Program-made: the position numbers and the translations under genes
Assembly: GCA_002269645.1 (NCBI GenBank)
Contig: NIVC01003761.1
Coordinates: 1-64,000, forward strand
Direction of reading: 5' to 3'
DNA length: 64,000 nucleotides
From: Macrostomum lignano
Taxonomy: Eukaryota
Shown here: positions 53,000-64,000 of the stretch, one piece after another
How the letters are laid out: each line of letters starts with the position of its first letter
Position numbering within the stretch: the stretch's first letter is position 1
Notes under the pieces: model-generated
The model's input: only the letters and a program-made list of their open reading frames with translations
Database searches by the model: none
What the model was told of the DNA's origin: nothing

Positions 53000-53400
53000 A
53001 GTGTTGATTTGACTGACTCAGTGATGATTTGACTAGCTGAGTGATGATTTGGCTGACTGGGTGATGATTTGACTGTCTGAGTGATGATTTTACTGAGTGA
53101 TGATTTTACTGAGTGATGATTTGACTGTCTGAGTGATGATTTGACTGTCTGAGTGATGATTTCACAGTGATGATTTAACTGTGTGCGTGATGATTTGACT
53201 GAGTAATAATTTGACTGCGTGATGATTTGACTGTCTGCGTGATGATTTGACTGAGTGATTATTTGACTGATGGTTTGACTGTCTGAGTGATGATTTGACT
53301 GACTGAGTGAGGATTTGACTGACTGAGTGATGATTTGACTGTCTGAGTGATGATTTGATTGACTGTGTGATGACTGACTGACCGGATGATGATCTGATTG
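53000..53400. repeat. Degenerate ~20-bp repeat (GAGTGATGATTTGACTGTCT)
   Basis: Direct inspection. Confidence 0.85.
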
Positions 53401-54004
53401 ATTTATCGGTGATATTCTGATGCAATTTAAGGCGCAATGATCCGCCGATCATACTATAACAGAATACAAGTGAAGCATGAAAGATGCTACCGAAAAATAA
53501 ATCTGCATGTTAATATTTTAACTCTCTATCCTCTTTTGCAAAGTTTTAAAGAATACTGTTATGTTCTATTAAAAACCTTTTATATTTGTCAGGAAAATTG
53601 AATATCAGACCTCAGCGCAACAGTGAAAATTATGAATGCAATTTTACCACATTTATATGCTTCGTAATTTTAATATTGACATTTAAATAACCCTAAGCCA
53701 CACTATGTAAACTTATCGATTCTACAATCTAACAACATCCTTGACCTCACCTCTAGATCTCATCCTCATCTCTAGTCTCATTCTGAGCAAGATCTTTTAC
53801 AAGTACAAAAATCTTATATTAGTTTGTCATTGTGTAAACTCACTTCGTCTCACTAAAAGTTTTTATTTGTTAAATCAACTCCTGTAGTTAAAAAATATCT
53901 TTGCAATGTGTGATCACAATAAAATTTGGCTAAGCCAGCAATTTTTTGGGCATGAAAGTAATAAACTGACTCCCCAAGTTTTTTAATACCATCCTTTATA
54001 GATA

Positions 54005-54150
<146 letters not shown>

Positions 54151-54167
54151 GAGGTCGCTCCCTACAC

Positions 54168-56281
<2,114 letters not shown>

Positions 56282-56953
56282 GACAACGCCCTAAACAGCT
56301 CAACGGGTAACAAACCTTTTTTCGAGTGAGCCAAGAAGGCCTGAATGCATGCCTTTTCTTATTAGAATCTCAGCGTAGGCTTCCCATATGGTTCATTCCC
56401 TGGCTTTTTAGAACTGGAACCTAGCAAGTATGAAATTGGCTTGGTTACCAATCGAACAGTGTTTATCTCTCTCCCCGCTGCTATCATAACTATAGATTTT
56501 GATAGATAGTTCTCAATCACTCCTAAAGCAGCTTTTGGAAAACTTTTAAATCAAATATTGAACCTAAGCCAGTATAGAGTTAACTGGATACCAAAACATT
56601 ACAAATTGTGACTCGAGCACGAACAGGAAGCTTACTCGAGTTGAGCCCTAAAACCTGCTCATTTTAGTTCTACTTGAGTAGCCACGAAAAACTTACAAGG
56701 CTTGCACTACAGGAAGCTCAACTTCTGTAGTCGGCACGGGCATCTGCATTTGATCGTTTGCGACGCGATTGGAAAGTAGCGGATATGAAGAAATGACGAA
56801 AATTTAACTCTTCATTTTTGTCTTGATGTAGGGAGCCTTTTTTAAAGCCTACATCAGGAGCCAGGTAAGCATTACAAGCTTAACTCTTGTGTGAAATGAT
56901 GAGGCTTCAGGGCACTTCGTATAGCTAAACAAATATACATGTAGCGCTTAACG

Positions 56954-57244
56954 CAGAGGTCAGCAAACTTTTTATCTCAAGGGCCTAGAGCCTAGAGAAC
57001 CTAGAGCATGACTAGGAGGGGAGTGGAGAGAGGATAGGGAATAGAGAAGAGAAATAGGAGAAAGGAGAAGAGAGGAGACGAGAGGGAGGAGAGATCAAAT
57101 AGAAGAGAGAGGAGAGGGGAGTAGATGAGAAAAGAGAGAGGCGAGAAGACAAAACCTTAAGCGGGCCGGATTGCTATTGTGAAATTTCGAAGGACCCGAG
57201 GGCCGGATAGAGAGGCTTTGCGGGCCGGAGTTTGGCGACCCCTG
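56954..57244. mobile_element. hAT (Charlie/MER58-like) MITE, 291 bp, 8-bp TSD GCTTAACG, purine-rich interior
   Basis: TIRs CAGAGGTCAGCAAACT / AGTTTGGCGACCCCTG; subterminal GGGCCGG motifs; TSD at 56946-56953 and 57245-57252. Confidence 0.88.
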
Positions 57245-58229
57245 GCTTAACGGATACTTTACTACTAACTAATTCATTGCAAATTCGACTTGAACTAAGT
57301 TTCGTGTAGCTAGCGTATGTACGAGCGTATGATTTAAAAAATACTTCACTATCATTTTGTTTTTCTTAGAAATGCAAGATTAATTCACCTTTTCTTGAGT
57401 GCACGCTCGTCGATGCCGATCGAAGCCCGCAGCGTCAGCAGCAGCACCTCCTGCACCGACTTTGTACAGTTTAACTTGATCCACATTCTTTGTGATAATT
57501 TAAAGTTACGTCAAAATTTTAAATCATTGAATATATGTAGTAGCTAGGGCGTAATTTAGGAGCGGAATCATATTTGCTTTTACACTACTAACAGTAGTTT
57601 TCAGTAGCGGAAATATCGGTAATTAGATTAAGTTAGGGTTTTTATTATTAATAAAGAGCGGTTGGGCTCTTTGGAGAAGCATCCTTCGTTGCAATCTTTC
57701 GACTTAGAAAATGTCAACAAAAAGGGAATTTAACGTAATGGAAATAAAGGGACTTTGTTTGGCATAGGAATTAATATTGCTCTAGATGAGCCTTGCTTCT
57801 AAAACACGAGAGTCTTGCCCAAGCACATTCTAGGGAAAACAACTAGGAATATAATGTAAAACAACATTTTGTATGCTAACAATCTTATCTATAGTTGAAC
57901 ATTTTGCTTGAAAACTAAGATTTATATTGGTTTCCTGTCTTCTTTAATCACTAAATACTAGGATTAGGGAGTATCAGGAAACCTGGTGGCAGCAACCTAC
58001 CAACTAAACTATTAGAATCCACTAAGAATAATAACCAGAGAAACCAGTAGCCTAAACCGCAGGACCACGACTGAAAATATTGTTCAAAAATGAAAGTTCA
58101 AACAAAAAATAGACCGATTTTTGATAAAGCAGTTTCAAAGACGCAAAAATTATATTTAAACTGATAGAAAAGAAATACACAGTGCAGTTTCAGTTTATCA
58201 GCAAGCCGAAAACTTATTCCCAGTAGAAT

Positions 58230-59603
58230 TTAAAGCTTGTTTAACGCCTGCATCAGAGCCATCTTCACAATGTTTGCAGCCGTTTTCTTCTGCGTCTTCG
58301 CTATCAATCGGGCCACCATTTTTAGCAGCACGTTTGACAGCAACTGGCTTAACTCGAGGGAGATTCTGTCCTGCTTCACTTTCCTGCCAGCCACAGCTTT
58401 GCAGCTTGTCGGCATAGCTTGCAGCCTTGATTTCAACTGTTTTACACCCAAGCTTTCCTGCCTGTGTAGCTTGTTTGATGGCACTTCTTCATTATCCACC
58501 TCTGCTTCTTCATTATCTATCTCTGCTTCTTCATTATCCACCTCTGCTTCTTCATTATCTATCTCTGCTTCTCCATTACCCACCTCTGCTTCTTCATTAT
58601 CCACCTCTGCTTCTTCATTATCTATCTCTGCTTCTCCATTACCCACCTCTGCTTCTTCATTATCCACCTCTGCTTCTTCATTATCCACCTCTGCTTCTTC
58701 ATTATCCACCTCTGCTTCTTCATTATCCACCTCTGCTTCTTCATTATCCACCTCTGCTTCTTCATTATCCACCTCTGCTTCTTCATTATCCACCTCTGCT
58801 TCTTCATTATCCACCTCTGCTTCTTCATTGTCTGTTACGTTTTCCTCGCCGCTATCCTTTTCGTCCGCTATTTCATCATCATTGTCAGTTATAAAGCTTT
58901 CGTTTTCTGTGTCATAATCTCCGTTTTCTGGGCCATCAGGATCCTCAATTTCCGTAACTTCTTCTTCATTCTCCGTTCCATCCTCGTAATCTGTCCTTTC
59001 TTCGTCGTATTCTGTTCCATCCTCTTCATTCTCTGTCCCATCCTCTTCATTCTCTGTTTCTTCCTCTTCATTTTCTGTTTCTTCCTCTTCAAAATCTGTT
59101 TCGTCCTCTTCATAATCTGTTTCTTCCTCTTCATAATCTGTTTCGTTCTCTTCATAATCTGTTCCCTCATCTGCATTCTCGGTTTCTTCCTCCAGTTCTT
59201 CAGGACCCTGCTCAGTGCCAGTTTCAGCGTCGTCAGTGTTCAAATGCATCCTCACAGCACCATTGTTGTCCAAACTAAACTGATCGTCATCATTTTCTGT
59301 TGTTTTGTCACTATTGTTAGGAGAAAATGGCTCTTCCTCGTCAGCAGCATAATCTGATGCATCGCTCACGATATTGTTGTCAGAATGAGCCGCGTCTCTG
59401 ATCAAAACTTCGCCAAGTTTGTCGACCTCCTCCGTGCGCACGCCTTCATTGTTGCTCTCGAAAGTCACGCTCTCGACCTGCTCATTGCTCATGGCTTCCG
59501 CTCTAGCGCACACACCCAGCTCATCATTGTTGCCGAATCTTGCACTTTGCGTCAGGCTGCACACTTCTCGATGATCAGGATCCTTCAATATCTGCTCAGC
59601 CAT
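58230..59603 (-). CDS. Highly acidic low-complexity protein (457 aa) with 7-aa repeats (EEETDYE, DNEEAEV) and a basic/helical C-terminus
   Basis: ATG-initiated uninterrupted ORF with non-repetitive N- and C-termini and coding 21-bp repeats (~58487-58826). No family recognised. Confidence 0.65.
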   Translation of the reverse strand: MAEQILKDPDHREVCSLTQSARFGNNDELGVCARAEAMSNEQVESVTFESNNEGVRTEEVDKLGEVLIRDAAHSDNNIVSDASDYAADEEEPFSPNNSDKTTENDDDQFSLDNNGAVRMHLNTDDAETGTEQGPEELEEETENADEGTDYEENETDYEEEETDYEEDETDFEEEETENEEEETENEEDGTENEEDGTEYDEERTDYEDGTENEEEVTEIEDPDGPENGDYDTENESFITDNDDEIADEKDSGEENVTDNEEAEVDNEEAEVDNEEAEVDNEEAEVDNEEAEVDNEEAEVDNEEAEVDNEEAEVDNEEAEVGNGEAEIDNEEAEVDNEEAEVGNGEAEIDNEEAEVDNEEAEIDNEEAEVDNEEVPSNKLHRQESLGVKQLKSRLQAMPTSCKAVAGRKVKQDRISLELSQLLSNVLLKMVARLIAKTQKKTAANIVKMALMQALNKL

Positions 59604-60403
59604 GTCGTCGGGGCGTTTAACAACGGAAATTCGACGACAAAAATGTTTTCGTTAAATACAGGTTTTTTTAAGCATGTTGCTCAGCTGGCCACTTCCTTAT
59701 AACAATCAGTGATTATATCCAAAGCTGTGTCCTGAAAACATAAATCTATTATTCAAAATTTATGTGGAAAAACTGTGAAAACCCATGCCACAGACAACAA
59801 AAACTAAACGAACGTTATGATAAGTCAATGCGAGAAAAACGTCCTAAACGCCTATTGGCTTCTACTTTTAGTAAGAAGTAACGTAAACACGTAGATTTTT
59901 TAGCAGTCTGAAGAAGCAGTTCGGCTATGTACAAATCTTGGACTATTGGTATTCCGGCCTGTTGATAGGCAGCGGCAGATGGTCCTTAAACCGGTACCCC
60001 GCCAGCGCATATCTGGCTCACGTAGGTCCCAGGTCTAATTGATGATAAAAGCAGATTTGACCTCGGAATTTTCTAGTTCTAGAATGAGCCTTTCATCTCT
60101 GTCCTTCACTCTTCAGCCTAATCTTCCGATCCTGCGTTGCTTGTTCTACAATTTCCATTGGGCTTTGTTTATCCGAAATCCAGTGGGTCGGACAGCTTAC
60201 TAGCTACTAGCCAACCAAATCTCATCAATAGTTTTCCATTTTCCGTCTGCCTTACCTTCTTCGGCATTATATAATAGTACAAGGCCTTTCTGACGGGCTT
60301 CAAAAGCGAGACTGAAACGTGGCTGCCTGGCCAAAGCCGGAGTTTCAGGGTGCAATTTTTAGCGTCCAAACGTCAGATGCAAACCTCTCAGTTTAGATAT
60401 TCA

Positions 60404-63400
60404 ATGCTGCCAATCATTTCTCGACTGCTGCTTGTCAGCATTCTGACGATCTTGGTAAGTTCAATACTTTCTGAACTTAATCGACGATGCTACTGTAAAA
60501 AGCGTGTCACGTTGTGTCATCCTGCAGCTAAGCATCGCACCAGCGCATTGCGACGCGACCACCAGCGAAGCGGTGAAATCGATCAACACATTCGAATACA
60601 ACTGGGCAGAGGTTGAGAAAAAGAATTCCAAAGGAGTGGAATTCTCGGTGAGTGTATGTCTCTTGATGGCGAAACTTCATTCAAAGAGCAAATCTTTTCA
60701 AAACCTGTGGAGAAACAGAAACTGTATCTTCGAATAAAATTTCCAGCAATATCTTTTTAAATAGATAGTGCATCTCCACACATACACGAGTCCAGTTTTT
60801 ACTCAAGTTACGCTTGTTGAAAATCTGAATATTCAACAAGGACTACTCGATGCTAGAGACCGGAAACTACAAAAATCCGATCCATTCATAACTTTGTGTT
60901 TGAAAATAATTGATAGTTTTTAACCAGAGAATAGCGAGTATACATACTTTATACTTTATTTAAATACTTGGTAAATGAACTTTTTGGCCATAGACATTGA
61001 GTTTTAGCAGTTTAAGCTATCATGCACAGTTTTTCACCATGCTTTCATTAAACTCGAAATGTCTATGGCCAAAGAGTATAGAGTCCCGGAAGGAACGAAA
61101 ATCAGCTTCACTTTAGACCCTTCTATTGGTATTCTATGTATACTGGATATTCTCTGGTTTAAACTTGTAGCCAGTGAGTTTGTGTCTGTGGTACAAACCT
61201 ATCAAAGCAATGCTTTTCGAGGACTAAGTCATTAATAAATCGGCATGTATCCCCCTTTTGCCCCGGGCGAGTGTCTATGTGACGCATGTTTTCATTTATT
61301 TCCCTAGGTGAATAAATCATTTATTTCCCGCTGCCCCGCGGGCTGCTAAATTCGAGACAACAACCATAGACAACGAACGGGGGATACATATCATATTCCC
61401 CACTCATTTAGCTGTCTAGGGCCAAAAGCCCTTGTTCGAGCTAGTTTCCCGCAGTTACTAAATCACTAAGTGATAAGTACAAAGAAAGTTGTAGTAGCTA
61501 AATTGGATGGTTCACTCAACCATATTCTTCAAAACTACTCTCTGTTCCAGTAGTATGACAGGAAAAAGCAATATGTATTTATTCGACTAGCTCCACTACC
61601 TTGAAAGTGGCAAAGTTGCTTGCGTGTGACAGGAGCAGCTAGTCATCCTTTTCTCCAAAAATTAATCTCTAAACAAAAAATAGGGCAAATATACTCTTAT
61701 GTCATTGCAATGAGAGCAGCAAGTAAAAATGACACTTTAAGATAGTGCTGAGTGAACCATCTGGTATATTTAGTATCTATGCTTGACTAAATCAATTGAA
61801 ACTTGACAGAAGCGCAGTTAAATTAATCTCGATCGTATCGATTTTATATGATGTCATAAAACCAGCTCATCGAATTTTTTAAATTATAGCTTCCCTCGAC
61901 AAAGGATTCGAAATTCGATTGGACTCCAGGATCATTCGGACCTGTAAGTACAAGCGCCTATCGAATAATAATAATAATATAATTGATTACACCTGCCCCA
62001 ATGGGGCCAGATGTGCAATCGACAGCTCAGCCTCAGCTATTGCGCGGCGCATCTGAAAGCTGCGTACGGCTGTTCAGTGAAAGGACTGGGGGGTCGCCAC
62101 TCCCATCCCCGTTTACCCCAGCTAATCCAGGCATCCATTTTACAGCTGGGTGAACTGAAGCGATGCAGAATTAAGTGTCTTCTTTAAGGACACAGATTGT
62201 TTCAGTGGGATCGGGAATCGAGCCCCGACCTTCAAGTCGTGAGTCCGACGCTCTAACCGCTAGGCTAAAACCCCACCCTAGGATACAACCCCTCCCTTGG
62301 CTACAACCCCTCCCTAGGCTACAACCCCTCCCTAGGCTACAACCCCTCCCTAGGCTACAACCCCTCCCTAGGCTACAACCCCTCCCTAGGCTACAACCCC
62401 TCCCTAGGCTACAACCCCTCCCTAGGCTACAACCCCTCCCTAGGCTACAACCCCTCCCTAGGCTACAACCCCTCCCTAGGCTACAACCCCTCCCTAGGCT
62501 ACAACCCCTCCCTAGGCTACAACCCCTCCCTAGGCTACAACCCCTCCCTAGGCTACAACCCCTCCCTAGGCTACAACCCCTCCCTAGGCTACAACCCCTC
62601 CCTAGGCTACAACCCCTCCCTAGGCTACAACCCCTCCCTAGGCTACAACCCCTCCCTAGGCTAAAACCCCTCCCTAGGCTACAACCCCTCCCTAGGCTAC
62701 AACCCCTCCCTAGGCTACAACCCCTCCCTAGGCTACAACCCCTCCCTAGGCTACAACCCCTCCCTAGGCTACAGCCCGGCCTATCGAACTAGACTTTGTT
62801 ACTATAGCAGGTTTAACTTATCGCACCCTGCAATTCACAGTGCTTCGGATGCGGGACTCGCAGCTATCGATACGTCAGTCACGACTGCGTCCACAGACTG
62901 CCAATCAATTTAACAGCTGATGCGGTTTCAAAGTAAGTTGAATGCTTGATCTGGCTGCGTACACAGGAGCTATTGTGCCTCGCTACGACTATAACTAACA
63001 CTGATTACCGACTTTTATTCCTTCTCAATCAGAACTCTAGTCGGCGTTTTCAAAGTCCCCGAAGAGGAGTGCACGCGCCGCAAGGGCGGCCCGCCAGCGC
63101 AGAGGACCTTGTTGGGCTGCGGCCCGCCCTGCAGTCAGCTGAGGCTGCTTCGAGGTGGACTGACCGGGGTAAGTACCTTCTCGGATTAGGAGTCATTAAT
63201 CCGTTGCTTTTGAAATGATTTGTCGGTAGGTAGGTGTCTTGTGAAAAGTGAACCTTATCTTCCTCTTCAGCCTTAATTGCTAACTCAGTGGCATCAAAGA
63301 ATGCTTTTTGTGTGCCAACCGAAATCAATTGAATTCCATGGGGTATGAATAGTTTTAGACCGCCGAATCCATTAATAAAATTTACATGATCCTACTGCAC

Positions 63401-63762
63401 AGTGTCGCTGTCTTCATGAGCGCAAACTAGCGTTCGACGTGCCGCGATTGACCTGCCAGGACACTCGCAACCGGTCGGTCAGCTTATCGTTGTGCCAAAC
63501 AATCTACGAAAAAAGTACTCGATTGTACACCGCCGCCCCCTGTGAATTCGACGCTGTCTGCTCTCAGCCAAGCGAGTGGGTAGTTGGCAATTGGACATTG
63601 TGCAGCGTGGACAGCCCCCAGTACCAAAATCGGGAGGTGGTCTGCGCCACTCGAGTACCAAACGGTGTTTACTTGATCATGCACGACTCAATGTGCGTCA
63701 AGGCTGCCAGACCCGTGGCCAACAGATACTGCGCTCGCTGGGCTGCCGAGAAAAACTTCAAG
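60404..63762 (+). CDS. Secreted thrombospondin type-1 (ADAMTS-like) repeat protein, 5' part; exons 60404-60454, 60528-60647, 61890-61943, 62841-62932, 63033-63168, 63403-63762; continues beyond the window
   Basis: Signal peptide. TSP1-like FDWTPGSFGP|CFGCG and EWVVGNWTLCS...QNREVVC...C...RP...YC. All predicted introns are GT..AG with consistent phases. Confidence 0.72.
61245..61389. mobile_element. Possible small MITE (11-bp inverted ends ATGTATCCCCC / GGGGGATACAT)
   Basis: Perfect 11-bp inverted repeat only; a TA TSD is possible but unproven. Confidence 0.35.
61964..62274 (-). mobile_element. CORE-type SINE, copy 2
   Basis: Full-length homology to copy 1, including the (AAT)n tail and tRNA-like head. 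Confidence 0.85.
62261..62772. repeat. 18-bp minisatellite (TAGGCTACAACCCCTCCC), about 28 units, contiguous with the SINE 5' end
   Basis: Direct inspection. Confidence 0.97.
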
Positions 63763-63829
63763 GTGAGAACATTGAGATTTGTTACTGTGTCCTGAGATTA
63801 CTGCGGGAGAGGCTTGTACTAGATTGAGG

Positions 63830-64000
63830 ATATTGCGAGTACAAGAGCGAGGGGTGTACAGAACCGAGAATAGTACAAGAGTGAGGAGAATACATGATTG
63901 AGAATAGTACAAGAGTGAGGAGAATACATGATTGAGAATAGTACAAGAGTGAGGAGAATACATGATTGAGAATAGTACAAGAGTGAGAAGAATACATGAT
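63830..64000. repeat. 34-bp minisatellite (GTACAAGAGTGAGGAGAATACATGATTGAGAATA), running off the window
   Basis: Units start at 63873, 63907 and 63941. Confidence 0.9.

Noticed and set aside
59950-60370. Degenerate protein-like stretch on the minus strand (GLVLLYNAEEGKADGKWKTIDEIWL)
   Set aside because: Interrupted by stops and no family recognised.

Overview
Eukaryotic, animal-like genomic window with GC-rich exons, AT-rich spacers and very many tandem repeats. The style resembles a free-living flatworm such as Macrostomum; that is inference, not proven from sequence. I reconstructed splice models by hand for: an uncharacterised 2-exon protein, a C-type lectin/PAN protein, a divergent ankyrin-TRPC-like channel, an intronless DEG/ENaC channel, a GalNAc-transferase without a lectin domain, an ESCO/Eco1 acetyltransferase with a 22x9-aa insert, CCDC102, a 2316-aa FREM1-like matrix protein, a DenD-like NAD-dependent epimerase/dehydrogenase, an acidic repeat protein and the 5' part of a secreted TSP1-repeat protein. 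Mobile DNA comprises a full-length 5.9-kb RNase H-bearing non-LTR retrotransposon (LOA/R1 type), three CORE-SINE copies, hAT MITEs with 8-bp TSDs and a 600-bp TTAA-flanked foldback element. The strongest signal is a nested double-pseudoknot (HDV-like) ribozyme whose predicted cleavage site (G1, position 17708) falls exactly on the retrotransposon's 5' boundary as defined by its 13-bp target-site duplication inside a 10-bp satellite. A second theme is minisatellites born from local functional sequence: a gene's own stop codon, a SINE head and an AG|GT splice-like unit.
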